From positions 1,920,001 to 1,984,000 of the forward strand of contig OY760505.1 in assembly GCA_963663545.1 (NCBI GenBank): a DNA stretch of 64,000 nucleotides, read 5' to 3'. Under the pieces are notes generated by a model. It was not told the origin of the DNA, searched no databases, and saw only the letters and a list, made by a program, of their open reading frames with translations. The translations under genes and the position numbers were made by a program. Source of the stretch: Candidatus Delongbacteria bacterium. GTDB taxonomy: Bacteria; CAIWAD01. Shown here piece by piece: positions 1-13,575 of this stretch (position 1 is its first letter; the number at the start of each line of letters is the position of its first letter).

Positions 1-1700
1 GACACCTTGTACGAGAAATAGACGCTCTAGGTGGAACTATGGCTCGCGCTACCGACGCCAATGGCATTCAATTCAGAATGCTTAACAAAGGAAAAGGCCC
101 TGCCGTTTGGTCGCCTCGGGCTCAAATTGATAAGTGTGCCTACGCTAGTTACATGCAGCAATTGCTGGAGGAGACTCCAGGACTTTGGCTTTTAGAAGGT
201 ACCGTTGTCGATGTGGGTGTAATTCACGGTAAAATTTCCGAATTACACCTGCTGGATGGCGGCCGGATTACTTGCGCAAGCGTCGTTCTGTGTTCCGGAA
301 CTTTTTTGAATGGAATCATTCATACGGGCACAGTACAACAAGCAGCGGGACGAGTTGGTGAAGCCGCAGTAACAGGTTTAACAGATGCTCTTCGTCGTTA
401 TGGTGTGCAATTCTTACGCTACAAAACAGGTACTCCACCTCGTGTTTATCGCGACAGTGTAGACGTTTCTCAAATGGAACAACAGGATGGGGACACTGAT
501 TTCTTCCAGTTCCATCATTATGATGCATATGCACGCCTTGCAGATCATCCATGTTGGATTTCTTACACAACTTCAGACACTCATTGTATCTTACGAGAAA
601 ACCTACACATAGCTCCTCTGTTTAGTGGTCAAATCAGCTCAACGGGCCCGCGGTATTGTCCTTCTGTAGAGGATAAAATCATTCGCTTTGCGGATAAGGA
701 GCGGCACCAGCTTTTCCTTGAACCGGAGAGTCTTGGAAGCGATGAATACTATGTGAATGGGTTTTCTACATCAATGCCAGCCGACGTGCAGTTGGCAGCA
801 CTGCGTACCGTTCCTGGATACCAACAAGTACGCTTTGCTCGTCCTGGCTATGCGATAGAGTATGATTACGTACCCTGTGGTCAAATTCGTCATACTCTTC
901 AGCATCGAAGACTATCCAATCTTTTCCTTGCGGGCCAGATCAACGGAACATCTGGATACGAAGAAGCTGCAGCTCAAGGATTGATTGCAGCCATCAACGC
1001 CGCTCTCTATTTGTCAGACTCACAGTCAGACTATTTTCCAGGCAGAGAAGACGCCTATATTGGCGTAATGTTGGATGATCTTGTCTCTCGCGAGCACAGC
1101 GAACCTTATCGCATGTTTACCAGCCGTGCAGAGTATCGTCTTCTTCTACGCCAGGATAATGCGGACCAGCGTTTAATGCCTCATGCAATTCGCTTAGGAT
1201 TACTACAACAGACTGTGATTGAAGAATTTAATCGCCGTGCTATTTTGACAACCAACCTTCTTGATCAGCTTTTATCCTGGCGCATTTTGCCTTCAAGCCT
1301 GGAAGGGCAACCTAGTTCTGGCGACGATCTCATTCCTGTTTCTCGCTTTCTACTTCGCCCTGATTCTTCTTTGCAGGCTGTGCTACATCAAAAACTGCCA
1401 GCATGGGAATCCATTTATCCAATTGACCTGATTCACCGCATTGAGACGGATCTGAAATATGCAGGCTACATAGACCGTCAACGCAGAGCCATTGACCTAC
1501 AACGTAAGGCAACCGATCTTCGCTTACCGGAAGATTTAGACTACATGGCCATCTCGACGATTTCATACGAAGGTCGTGAACGCATGTCTCGTGTTCGCCC
1601 AAGTTCTATTGCCCAAGCTTCTCGCCTGGGCGGAGTGACTCCCGCCGATATTGCTGCACTCCTCATCTTTCTCAAAAAGCGACAGAAGGAGGCAATCTGA
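1..1700 (+). CDS. mnmG: tRNA uridine-5-carboxymethylaminomethyl modification enzyme MnmG/GidA (5' end outside window)
   Basis: Frame is open from the window start (HLVREIDALGG..). Motifs NKGKGPAVWSPRAQ, GPRYCPSVEDK, AGQINGTSGYEEAAAQG, EPYRMFTSRAEYRL. Confidence 0.97.
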   Translation, partial: HLVREIDALGGTMARATDANGIQFRMLNKGKGPAVWSPRAQIDKCAYASYMQQLLEETPGLWLLEGTVVDVGVIHGKISELHLLDGGRITCASVVLCSGTFLNGIIHTGTVQQAAGRVGEAAVTGLTDALRRYGVQFLRYKTGTPPRVYRDSVDVSQMEQQDGDTDFFQFHHYDAYARLADHPCWISYTTSDTHCILRENLHIAPLFSGQISSTGPRYCPSVEDKIIRFADKERHQLFLEPESLGSDEYYVNGFSTSMPADVQLAALRTVPGYQQVRFARPGYAIEYDYVPCGQIRHTLQHRRLSNLFLAGQINGTSGYEEAAAQGLIAAINAALYLSDSQSDYFPGREDAYIGVMLDDLVSREHSEPYRMFTSRAEYRLLLRQDNADQRLMPHAIRLGLLQQTVIEEFNRRAILTTNLLDQLLSWRILPSSLEGQPSSGDDLIPVSRFLLRPDSSLQAVLHQKLPAWESIYPIDLIHRIETDLKYAGYIDRQRRAIDLQRKATDLRLPEDLDYMAISTISYEGRERMSRVRPSSIAQASRLGGVTPADIAALLIFLKKRQKEAI

Positions 1701-2293
1701 TGTCTCTTCGTGAAAAGACACTTCACTTGTTCCACGTGGAACAGGCCGGTAATTCTCTTCAAGAATACGCGCGCATCCTACTGGATTACAACACCAAGGT
1801 TAATCTCGTTTCACGATCAACCTCCGAAGAGTTCAACGAAAGACACCTATTTCCTTGCATGGCAAGCGCTCTTGTTGACGAGGTGTGGAAAGAGGACGGT
1901 ATCGTCTACGATGTTGGTACCGGTGGTGGATTGCCGGGCATTCCACTCGCCATCATCAGGCCAGATCTAAGTGTTCATCTTGTGGAATCAAGAATTAAAA
2001 AGGTTGCCTTCTTGCTGAAGGCCAAAAACCACCTGTCTCTTAAGAACGTATTCATTGAACACCAACGAGTAGAAGAGATAGAGGCTATCCGCCCGGCCTC
2101 AACCATTGTTGCACGCTTCTTTGGCGACATACCAAAGCTTGTTTCTTTGACTTCTGGGCTACGCGACAACAACACCGAACTCCTTGTTTTCAAAGGCAAC
2201 AACGAAGAGCTTCCTGATCGAGTGGACGTATATCGATTATCTCAGCGTATCGCCTTGTTGGATGATAAAATCCTGGCCCACTATGTCCAGTAA
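1700..2293 (+). CDS. rsmG: 16S rRNA m7G527 methyltransferase RsmG/GidB
   Basis: NLVS motif, SAM-binding DVGTGGGLPGIPLAI, LVESRIKK; directly follows mnmG with a TGATG overlap. Confidence 0.95.
   Translation: MSLREKTLHLFHVEQAGNSLQEYARILLDYNTKVNLVSRSTSEEFNERHLFPCMASALVDEVWKEDGIVYDVGTGGGLPGIPLAIIRPDLSVHLVESRIKKVAFLLKAKNHLSLKNVFIEHQRVEEIEAIRPASTIVARFFGDIPKLVSLTSGLRDNNTELLVFKGNNEELPDRVDVYRLSQRIALLDDKILAHYVQ
1728..1743. promoter_or_regulatory. parS centromere-like site
   Basis: Perfect 16-bp palindrome TGTTCCACGTGGAACA matching the parS consensus, inside the 5' end of rsmG and about 16 kb from dnaA. Confidence 0.9.
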
Positions 2294-5200
2294 CAGCTCT
2301 TCGAGAAGGCATCAGATCCGTACTCGACTAGAACGCAATGTTCTACGGGATAGCATCCTCGACGGAATTACAAAATGCGGGGCATTTCAAAGCACAGATG
2401 ATGGACTTAGAGAACCATCATCAAGTGTGGAAGCAGCTGGTATAGCTGGTTCTCTTCGGTCACTCGTTCTCTCCGGTTTGCTTGAAAACCGTCCTGGCAT
2501 CATTCTTCTTGAAGACTTGAATGACGCAGAGGACCTCTTCGACGACCTTGTACAAGTTCTTGGACCTGAGCGAACTCACCTTCTGCCGGTTCGCGAATTG
2601 ATGCCCTACGATCAGAAAGCTCTACCCGTGGAGCAGCGCAGCGAGCTCATGGATATTTTGCGTCGACTGCGAATGGGTGAGCGGCTTGTCCTTGTGGCTG
2701 GTGTACGCCAGATCGCTTCCCGCTACCCGGACAAGCGAGTTTTTGATCGTGGTCTTTACCATATCGAAGTCGGAATGAGTTTAAACCGCGAAGAACTTGT
2801 TTCCGAGCTCGAGGCCGCTGGATTTACACGAGAAAACGCTGTTGAAGACATCTCTCAATACAGTCTGCGTGGCGGTATTCTTGACATCTATCCCTGGGGC
2901 TTGGAGTATCCTATCCGCCTTGAGTTTTTCGGTGATGAAGTAGAATCCATACGAGCCTTCGATCCTAGTACTCAAACCAGCACAGAACGGCTTCCAGCAA
3001 TAAGCCTCGTGATACAAAACGGCAACACATGGAGCTACGATACAACACTCTTCGATCTACTCCACCGTGATACACTTTTCGTTTTGCCTCCACAGGACAG
3101 TCTCTTTGGGCAGATTGATTTCTTTCATCAGGAAGCCGTTCGAGCCTGGCGTCAGCTAGATGATCGTGAAACACAAGCTACTCCAGCGGATAAGTACTTA
3201 AGTGTTGCTCAGATCCGCGACGGCCTAGCCAACAAGCGAACGCTTTGGCTACATCCTACCAGACAGCTGCGTGATACAGTTATCAATTTCCACTCTCGGC
3301 AGCAAGAAAGCTACCTGCGCAATATTGACTTGCTCGTCAACAACATCAGCGCCCTTCGTGATGAGAACTACCGCATACACATCCTGTGCGACAACAATGG
3401 ACAACTCGAGCGCCTTCAGGAAATCCTCGAAGAAGATCATGAGCTTGCCCCGGGCACTGTAGAACTGTCAATAGGTTCTTTGCATCATGGCTTCGTACAC
3501 CACGATTCCAAACTTGTGGTCCTTACCGACCATGAGATTTTCGGTAGACCAAGACACCGAAAACATACTCGCCGCTTTCGCAGAGCAACCGCACTTCGAA
3601 AGATCGAAAATCTTGAGCCTGGCGATGCTGTCGTCCATGTGAAGTATGGAATCGGCCTCTTTGAAGGGCTGACGACAATCTCTGTCGCTGGTGTTGAGCG
3701 AGAAGTCCTGAAAATTCGCTACTCCAAAGACGATCGAATCTACGTCAAGCTGGAGAATTTCCGCGATGTTGAGCGCTACTCCGCGCAGGAAGGAAGCGAG
3801 CCCAAGCTCAGCTCACTTGGTAGTGGCGAGTGGGAACGCACAAAAAAGCGCACCACAAAATCGATTCAGAAGGTGGCCAAAGAGCTGGTTGAGCTCTATG
3901 CGAAACGCCGGCTGAGTTCCGGTCACGCCTTCGGACCGGACGCCGGCTGGCAACGAGAGATGGAAGCCGCTTTCGAGTTCGTGGAAACAGGCCATCAGCT
4001 CGAAGCGATTGCCGCCGTAAAAGGGGACATGGAGAAGCCTTGGCCCATGGATCGCCTGATTTGCGGCGATGTTGGCTTCGGCAAGACAGAAGTTGCGGTT
4101 CGCGCCGCTTTCAAAGCCGTTTGCGATGGCAAGCAGGTAGCGGTTCTTGTGCCAACGACTATCCTTGCACAGCAGCACTACAACACCTTCAGTCAACGCT
4201 TCGCAGAGTTTCCGGTTACGGTCGATGTAATCAGTCGCTTCCGCACGAAGGCGGAACAAACTGAAATCATCAGTAAGGTTCACCGCGGTAGTATTGATGT
4301 GTTGATTGGCACACACAGAATTCTGAGTAAGGATATTATTTTCAAAGACTTGGGGCTGCTTGTTGTTGACGAGGAGCAACGCTTCGGTGTCATGCACAAG
4401 GAGCGCATCAAGCAGCTTCGTGCGAACGTGGATGTGATGACGATGACAGCGACTCCCATCCCGCGCACCCTCAACATGGCATTGATGGGAATCAAGGATC
4501 TGAGTTTGGTAAATGAACCGCCCAGTAATCGATTGCCCATCGAGACCGAAGTTGTCGCCTTCAACAAGCGCACCATTCGCTCAGCCATTCTTCGCGAACT
4601 GGACCGCGACGGTCAAGTGTATTTTGTTCATAATCGCGTACAGACAATCGATACAATGAAGCAAATGCTGCAGGAGTTAATTCCTGAAGCTCGCTTTGAA
4701 GTCGGCCACGGGCAAATGGGTGAGCGTCAGCTCGAGAAAATCATGCTGGGCTTTATGCGGCGCAAATTCGATGTGCTGATCTCTACCATGATCATTGAGA
4801 CGGGCTTGGACATCCCCAACGTTAACACCATGATTGTCAACCGCGCAGATACCTTCGGCCTTTCGCAGCTCTATCAGCTACGTGGGCGCATCGGACGCAG
4901 CCACCGACAAGCCTATGCGCATTTGCTGACTCCGCCCCATTTCCAGATGAAGCAGGACGCGCGCAAGCGCCTGTTTACCATTGGCGAGTTCACCGATCTG
5001 GGAAGTGGCTTCAAGATCGCCATGCGCGACATGGAAATCCGCGGCGCGGGAAATCTGTTGGGCGAAGCCCAGAGTGGCTTCATCACAGCAGTGGGCTACG
5101 ATTTGTATAACCGCCTGCTGGAAGAAGCCATCCTTGAGCTGAGGAACGAGGAGGGCGAACAGCAGAAAATTGTATCACGCGGCGAGAGCCAAGTGGAACT

Positions 5201-5681
5201 GCCGATGGATGCGTTGCTCCCGGCTGATTATGTGGACGATCCCGGCGAGCGCGTCAACCTGTACCGGCGACTGCTTCAGAGCAACGACCAGGATGAGCTG
5301 AAGATTTTGCAGCGCGAAGTCGTCGATCGCTTTGGCCGATTGCCGCAAGAAGCTATGATGCTCTTCACGTTGGTGGAGCTACAAAAGCTGGCTCGCGAGG
5401 CTGAGATTCGAATTGTAGATCTGCGAGGGGATCCAATCCGCCTACAGCCGTGGCAACAGCAGGCGGGGGATAGTCAGCGCTATCTGCGAATGCTCCAACA
5501 CCTGGACAGCTCCTGGCCACTTGAATTGCGCAGCGATCCGGACCTTCAATTGCTGCTTCCGCGAAAGGGGCGTGACCTTGGATTTGCCCTTGATGTGACA
5601 CGTCGGCTGCTACGCGAGCTAGCCGTCCTTGTGCAAAAAGATCGCAGCCAGCAGAGCGATTCTGTGAATAGTGCGAGTTAG
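2283..5681 (+). CDS. mfd: transcription-repair coupling factor Mfd
   Basis: UvrB-like RGGILDIYP..RLEFFGDEVESIR, CarD-like VVHVKYGIG, GDVGFGKTEVA, DEEQRFGV, TATPIPRTL, QLRGRIGR. Start taken as ATG 2283. Confidence 0.97.
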   Translation: MSSNSSSRRHQIRTRLERNVLRDSILDGITKCGAFQSTDDGLREPSSSVEAAGIAGSLRSLVLSGLLENRPGIILLEDLNDAEDLFDDLVQVLGPERTHLLPVRELMPYDQKALPVEQRSELMDILRRLRMGERLVLVAGVRQIASRYPDKRVFDRGLYHIEVGMSLNREELVSELEAAGFTRENAVEDISQYSLRGGILDIYPWGLEYPIRLEFFGDEVESIRAFDPSTQTSTERLPAISLVIQNGNTWSYDTTLFDLLHRDTLFVLPPQDSLFGQIDFFHQEAVRAWRQLDDRETQATPADKYLSVAQIRDGLANKRTLWLHPTRQLRDTVINFHSRQQESYLRNIDLLVNNISALRDENYRIHILCDNNGQLERLQEILEEDHELAPGTVELSIGSLHHGFVHHDSKLVVLTDHEIFGRPRHRKHTRRFRRATALRKIENLEPGDAVVHVKYGIGLFEGLTTISVAGVEREVLKIRYSKDDRIYVKLENFRDVERYSAQEGSEPKLSSLGSGEWERTKKRTTKSIQKVAKELVELYAKRRLSSGHAFGPDAGWQREMEAAFEFVETGHQLEAIAAVKGDMEKPWPMDRLICGDVGFGKTEVAVRAAFKAVCDGKQVAVLVPTTILAQQHYNTFSQRFAEFPVTVDVISRFRTKAEQTEIISKVHRGSIDVLIGTHRILSKDIIFKDLGLLVVDEEQRFGVMHKERIKQLRANVDVMTMTATPIPRTLNMALMGIKDLSLVNEPPSNRLPIETEVVAFNKRTIRSAILRELDRDGQVYFVHNRVQTIDTMKQMLQELIPEARFEVGHGQMGERQLEKIMLGFMRRKFDVLISTMIIETGLDIPNVNTMIVNRADTFGLSQLYQLRGRIGRSHRQAYAHLLTPPHFQMKQDARKRLFTIGEFTDLGSGFKIAMRDMEIRGAGNLLGEAQSGFITAVGYDLYNRLLEEAILELRNEEGEQQKIVSRGESQVELPMDALLPADYVDDPGERVNLYRRLLQSNDQDELKILQREVVDRFGRLPQEAMMLFTLVELQKLAREAEIRIVDLRGDPIRLQPWQQQAGDSQRYLRMLQHLDSSWPLELRSDPDLQLLLPRKGRDLGFALDVTRRLLRELAVLVQKDRSQQSDSVNSAS

Positions 5682-5716
5682 TATCTTGTGCTACACAAGA
5701 AGAGGAGAAGCTTGAG

Positions 5717-7435
5717 ATGAATGTTTCGAAAATGTATCACGCAGCCGTACTTCTTCTGGCACTGTCTCTTGTTCTGGGACTTGCTGGTTGTGCAAAGAAC
5801 GAAGACCTGGTCGCGCAAATAGGCTCGACGCGTATCACGCTCAAGGATCTACGCAATGAGATGGTTCGCAATAACCGCAATGATATTCACGAAGCGGCGC
5901 GCCTACCTCTTGAGAGTCGTGAGTTGGCTTTGGATCAAATGATAGAGAAGGAGTTGAAGCTCCAGCTTGCTCACCGCGCAGGATACTATGAGCGTCCGGA
6001 ATTCGTCAGCAAACGTGAAGAGCTTCTCGAAAACTCCCTTGTGCAGGAGCTGTACAACACCTACGTCTTTGATGCAGTCATCACCGATGAGGTCATTCGT
6101 GATACATACGAGCGCCAGGGTGTGGAGCTGCAAGCCTCTCACATCCTGCTCAAGTGGAAAGACGATTCCACTTCTGTGCGGCAACGAGCGGTAGAAATCC
6201 GGAATGAAATCGAGAACGGCCTCCCCTTTGCCGATGCTGCGACGAAGTACACGGAAGAACCCGGTGGCGCAGATCGCAAGGGAGATCTGGGCTGGTTCAC
6301 CTGGGGTCGCATGGTAATGCCCTTTCAGGAGGCGTGTTGGAATCTCTCGGAGAACGAACTCTCTCCACCTGTTGAAACCGCCTTTGGTGTTCACTTGATC
6401 AAGCTCACTGGCCGTCGTGTTCTGGATGTTCGTCCAAGTCTTGAAGAGATCAAGCCGCAAATCATCAGCACACTTCAAGCCAGTATGCGTGACCAACTCT
6501 TCGAAACGGGCACCACCTATACCACAGAAGTGCGTGATACATATCACCAGCATATCGATGAAGACCTTGTAAACGAACTGACGACAGCGATGAACAGCAA
6601 CATCGACGAGGATCATCAGTACGTGCGGGATGTGTCACAGAAGCTCCTCGAATCCGGATGGGCAGGACGTGTCATGGCCACGTGGGATGGTGGAAGTCTA
6701 CCGATGGAAGACTTCGTCAGCTGGTGTTACAAATACACGAATCCGCGCACTCCGTTTGCCAGCACGGACGATGTCCGCGCCATTCTTGAAAACGCCGTCA
6801 TGTCGCCCATGCTGGTAAAGCGGGCTTTTGAGATGAAGCTGGACCAGAATCAGGACGTGATCGATCTTGTGCAGACGCGTCTTGATGGGCTGGTATTGAC
6901 GGCTTATCGCAACGATGAAATGACGTCGGCTCACGGTGTAAGTGAAGCTCAGATTGAAGCCTACTACAACGAGCACACCGATGAGTACATGGACCCTGCC
7001 AAAGTTCGGGTGCAGGAAGTGTACGTCACGAGCAAGGAAACAGCTGAGGATATTGCTCGGCGCGCCAAGTCCGGCTCAAACTTTAGCGAGCTGGCTCGTG
7101 AGTACACCGAGCGACCCGGCAAGGCGGGTACTGACGGATCGCTGGAGCCATTTGCCGCGGGTCGCTATGACAAAATGGGTGAAGTGGCCTTCGAGCTGAA
7201 GCCCGGCGAGATCTCCGATCCGATTCAACTTGGTCGTGCTTGGGTTGTGATCAAAAAGGTAGAGAACATTCCTTCTTTGCCGCGTACACTTGATCAGTGC
7301 AAAACGCAGATTCGCATGAAGCTGGAGCGCGAAGCTCGCGAAGCCGCTCAGGCGGAATGGCGCGCCGCCGCAGAGAAGCAAATCAGCGTAAAGACCTGGC
7401 CCGACAAGTTGAAGCGACTGTTTGCGGAGGAATAG
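5717..7435 (+). CDS. parvulin-type peptidyl-prolyl isomerase lipoprotein (PrsA/SurA-like, two rotamase domains)
   Basis: Lipobox LAGC; ASHILL..GDLGWF..F..A..GVHLIK; second rotamase domain near the C-terminus. Confidence 0.88.
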   Translation: MNVSKMYHAAVLLLALSLVLGLAGCAKNEDLVAQIGSTRITLKDLRNEMVRNNRNDIHEAARLPLESRELALDQMIEKELKLQLAHRAGYYERPEFVSKREELLENSLVQELYNTYVFDAVITDEVIRDTYERQGVELQASHILLKWKDDSTSVRQRAVEIRNEIENGLPFADAATKYTEEPGGADRKGDLGWFTWGRMVMPFQEACWNLSENELSPPVETAFGVHLIKLTGRRVLDVRPSLEEIKPQIISTLQASMRDQLFETGTTYTTEVRDTYHQHIDEDLVNELTTAMNSNIDEDHQYVRDVSQKLLESGWAGRVMATWDGGSLPMEDFVSWCYKYTNPRTPFASTDDVRAILENAVMSPMLVKRAFEMKLDQNQDVIDLVQTRLDGLVLTAYRNDEMTSAHGVSEAQIEAYYNEHTDEYMDPAKVRVQEVYVTSKETAEDIARRAKSGSNFSELAREYTERPGKAGTDGSLEPFAAGRYDKMGEVAFELKPGEISDPIQLGRAWVVIKKVENIPSLPRTLDQCKTQIRMKLEREAREAAQAEWRAAAEKQISVKTWPDKLKRLFAEE

Positions 7436-7437
7436 GC

Positions 7438-8058
7438 GTGGCCCCCGAACAGGCCCTGCAGGAGTTGATGGACGGCAACCAGCGCTTTCGCGAGGGCTTT
7501 ACTTGGCGTGGATTGCGCTCGGCCTGGCAGGATCGCGAGGAAATGCTGGACAACCAGCGCCCCTTTGCTGCCATTCTGGGTTGTGCCGATTCGCGCGTGC
7601 CGGCAGAGATTATCTTTGATCAGGGCCTGGGCGATCTGTTTGTAGTACGAATTGCAGGCAACATTGCGGCGCCTTCGCAAATTGGTAGCCTGGAGTACGC
7701 CGTCGATGAACTGGACGTGCAACTGATCGTGGTTCTGGGTCACAGCCATTGCGGCGCGGTGGGCACAGCGCTGGATCATCGCTGGAATAAGTCGGGCATG
7801 CTTTCGCCCAACCTGAAAGCCATTGTGGATCGCGTAAATCCGGCAGTAGAGAAGACCCTGGCCTGGTGTGATACAAGCGATCGACGCAAGCTGGTGGCAG
7901 CTACCGTCGAGGAGAACGTGTATCACGCCACGCGGCAGATTCGCAGCGATAGCGGGCTGATTCGCGAAATGGAGCAGGCCGGTCAGGTGGTGCTTGTACC
8001 CGCCTACTACGAGCTGGCCAGTGGGACGGTCAGGCTGCTCCAGGGGCTGGATGACTGA
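7438..8058 (+). CDS. beta-class carbonic anhydrase
   Basis: GCADSRVP, GDLFVVRIAGN, LGHSHCGAV. GTG start with GAGG upstream. Confidence 0.93.
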   Translation: MAPEQALQELMDGNQRFREGFTWRGLRSAWQDREEMLDNQRPFAAILGCADSRVPAEIIFDQGLGDLFVVRIAGNIAAPSQIGSLEYAVDELDVQLIVVLGHSHCGAVGTALDHRWNKSGMLSPNLKAIVDRVNPAVEKTLAWCDTSDRRKLVAATVEENVYHATRQIRSDSGLIREMEQAGQVVLVPAYYELASGTVRLLQGLDD

Positions 8059-8207
8059 TCCAAATCACGACGGGCTTGTGCTACTTCTTCGAAATCACAC
8101 GGGGGGCATTCACCCCCTGTTTCATGATCAACACTATCGGCTAGTGCGATGGCACCGGATTCTGGACCCGCTTGCAGAAGGTCTGTGGGCTGGCTCGGTG
8201 CGTTAAC

Positions 8208-8233
8208 AAAACGGCCCCGCCTAAGCGGGGCCG
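8208..8233 (-). terminator. intrinsic terminator downstream of gyrA
   Basis: CGGCCCCGC-ctaa-GCGGGGCCG stem with an A4 run on its left (U tract on the minus strand). Confidence 0.7.
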
Positions 8234-8277
8234 CGGACATCACGATGGTAAAACCCTAGAATCCGTTGGTTTGACCC

Positions 8278-10776
8278 TCAGGATTCCTCTCCCGATACCT
8301 CTCCTGGGTTTTCCGTCGTGTCTTCACTCGCATCCGAGCCGAAGGTTTCACGGTCCGCAAACACCCGATCCACAGAGGCGATGCGGTCACCTTCGTCAAG
8401 GCGAATCAGCTTTACGCCTTGAGTTGCCCGACCGATCACACGAATCTGATCAATCGGTTGACGGATCAATATACCTTTCTCTGTGATAATTATCAGGTCT
8501 AAATCATCGGTCACTTCTTTCATCGCCAGCATCTGGCCAGTACGCGGAGTTACCTTGACCGTCATGATTCCCTTGCCGCCGCGTTTTGTCACACGGTAGT
8601 CGGCAAGCGGGCTGCGTTTACCCAGACCCTTTTCTGTAACCACAAGAATCTGCGCATCGGTTTTGGCGGTGACCACCATGTCAACAACGCGCGCGCCCTC
8701 ATCCAACGTGATACCGCGAACACCTGCTGCGGTACGGCCCATCGGACGCACTTCGTCTTCTTTGAAGCGAATGGCCTTGCCCTCGTTAGTACCCAGCAGA
8801 ATCTCATGGCTACCGTCGGACAACTTGCAATCGATGAGGCGATCGCCTTCGACCACATTGACGGCATTGATGCCCGCCTTGCGCGGCCGACTGAAGGCTT
8901 CCAGCGAGGTCTTCTTGATCACACCCTGCGCCGTGGCCATGACGATAAACTTGTCTTCCTCGAAAGTCTTGACGTTGATCACCGCCGCAATCTTGCGCTC
9001 GCGCGGGATCTCCAGCAGGTTGACGATGGCGCGTCCCTTGCTGTTACGCCCCGCTTGCGGAATCTCGTGCACCTTCAGCCAGTAGCAGTGGCCGTCCTCG
9101 GTAAAGAAGAGCATGTAATTGTGCGTGGACGCAATGAAGAGGTGCTCGATGTGATCCTCTTCCTTGGTGGCAGCACCGGTAATGCCACGACCGCCGCGAT
9201 TCTGATTGCGGAAACCGGATACCGGGAAGCGCTTGATGTAACCATCATTGGACAGCGTCACCACGACATCCTCTTCAGCGATCATGTCCTCGATGGTGAA
9301 TTCCTTCTCGTCGGGCACAATCTCGGTACGACGCTTGTCACCGTAGCGATTGACTACGTCGTCCAACTCTTCCTTGATGATGGTGCGCTGGCGGCCTTCG
9401 TCGGCCAGAATCTGCTTGAGGTCAAAGATGAGCTCGCGCAGAGACTTCAGCTCGGCTTCCAGTTTGTCACGCTCTAGGCCGGTCAAGCGCTGCAGACGCA
9501 TGTCGAGGATGGCGCGGGCCTGAATTTCCGTCAGACCGAAGCGCTCCATCAAGCCATTGCGGGCGTCTTCCGGCGTGCGGCTGGCACGAATCAGCGCCAC
9601 CACTTCGTCGATGTTGTCCAGCGCAATCTTCAGACCTTCCAGGATGTGCGCACGATGCTCGGCTTTTTCCAGCTCGAAGCGCGTGCGGCGCACAACGACT
9701 TCCAGACGATGCAGCACATACTGCTCCATCACCTGCAGCAGATTGAGCACACGTGGCTGTCCCTTGACCAGCGCCAGCATGATGACGCCAAAGGTCGTCT
9801 GCATTTGCGTGTGCTTGTAAAGCTGGTTGAGCACCACCTTGGCCACGGCTTCACGCTTCAGCTCAATGACCAGGCGCGTTCCGTCGCGATCGGACTCATC
9901 GCGGATATCGCTGATCCCGGTGATCTTTCTGTCGCGGACCAGACGAACGATCTTCTCGATCAGCCGCGTCTTGTTAACCTGGTAGGGCATCTCGGTGACG
10001 ATGATGCTGTCCTTGTTGCCCTTACCGCTCTCGATGCTGGCACGGGCGCGAATGATCACGCGGCCGCGACCGGTGCGGTAGGCGTCCTCGATTCCCTGGC
10101 GTCCGTAAATAAAGGCGCCGGTGGGAAAATCCGGGCCCTTTACAAACTGCATCATATCGCCGACAGTGGCGGCGGGGTTGTCCAGCAGATGCTTGATGCC
10201 CTCCACCACTTCCGTCAGATTCTGCGGCGGGAAGTTGGTGGCCATACCCACGGCGATACCGGCGGAACCGTTCACCAGCAGGTTGGGAATGCGGCTGGGC
10301 AATACGCGCGGCTCCTGCAGCGAGCCGTCGTAGTTGGGCATGAAGTCGACGGTTTTCTTCTCGATGTCCAGCAGTACTTCCTCGGCCATCTTGTCCAGCC
10401 TGGCCTCAGTGTATCGCATGGCTGCGGCGCTGTCACCGTCGATGGAGCCGAAGTTGCCCTGGCCATCAATGAGCGGATAGCGCAGGCTGAAATCCTGCTC
10501 CATGCGCACCATGGTGTCGTAGATCGCGCTATCACCGTGGGGGTGATACTTACCCATGACTTCACCGACAATACGCGCGCTCTTCTTGAAGGGCTTGCCC
10601 GAGCTGAAGCCCAGTTCGTTCATTGCGAACAGGATGCGCCTGTGGACGGGCTTAAGGCCGTCGCGCACATCCGGCAAGGCACGCTGGACAATCACCGACA
10701 TGGAGTAGTCCAGGTACGAGTTCCGCATTTCGTCTTCGATGTTGACGTTGACGATCTGCTGTCCTTCACCAATCAT
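8278..10776 (-). CDS. gyrA: DNA gyrase subunit A
   Basis: [34 protein letters not shown], GyrA-box QNRGGRG, C-terminal pinwheel repeats. Confidence 0.98.
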   Translation of the reverse strand: MIGEGQQIVNVNIEDEMRNSYLDYSMSVIVQRALPDVRDGLKPVHRRILFAMNELGFSSGKPFKKSARIVGEVMGKYHPHGDSAIYDTMVRMEQDFSLRYPLIDGQGNFGSIDGDSAAAMRYTEARLDKMAEEVLLDIEKKTVDFMPNYDGSLQEPRVLPSRIPNLLVNGSAGIAVGMATNFPPQNLTEVVEGIKHLLDNPAATVGDMMQFVKGPDFPTGAFIYGRQGIEDAYRTGRGRVIIRARASIESGKGNKDSIIVTEMPYQVNKTRLIEKIVRLVRDRKITGISDIRDESDRDGTRLVIELKREAVAKVVLNQLYKHTQMQTTFGVIMLALVKGQPRVLNLLQVMEQYVLHRLEVVVRRTRFELEKAEHRAHILEGLKIALDNIDEVVALIRASRTPEDARNGLMERFGLTEIQARAILDMRLQRLTGLERDKLEAELKSLRELIFDLKQILADEGRQRTIIKEELDDVVNRYGDKRRTEIVPDEKEFTIEDMIAEEDVVVTLSNDGYIKRFPVSGFRNQNRGGRGITGAATKEEDHIEHLFIASTHNYMLFFTEDGHCYWLKVHEIPQAGRNSKGRAIVNLLEIPRERKIAAVINVKTFEEDKFIVMATAQGVIKKTSLEAFSRPRKAGINAVNVVEGDRLIDCKLSDGSHEILLGTNEGKAIRFKEDEVRPMGRTAAGVRGITLDEGARVVDMVVTAKTDAQILVVTEKGLGKRSPLADYRVTKRGGKGIMTVKVTPRTGQMLAMKEVTDDLDLIIITEKGILIRQPIDQIRVIGRATQGVKLIRLDEGDRIASVDRVFADRETFGSDASEDTTENPGEVSGEES

Positions 10777-10819
10777 GATCTATCCTGGTCAAATTACCGT
10801 GATACAAACACGGCTTGTA

Positions 10820-13571
<2,752 letters not shown>

Positions 13572-13575
<4 letters not shown>

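Noticed and set aside
8051..8206. 51-aa ORF overlapping the carbonic anhydrase stop
   Set aside because: Short, with no recognisable features; cannot be supported.
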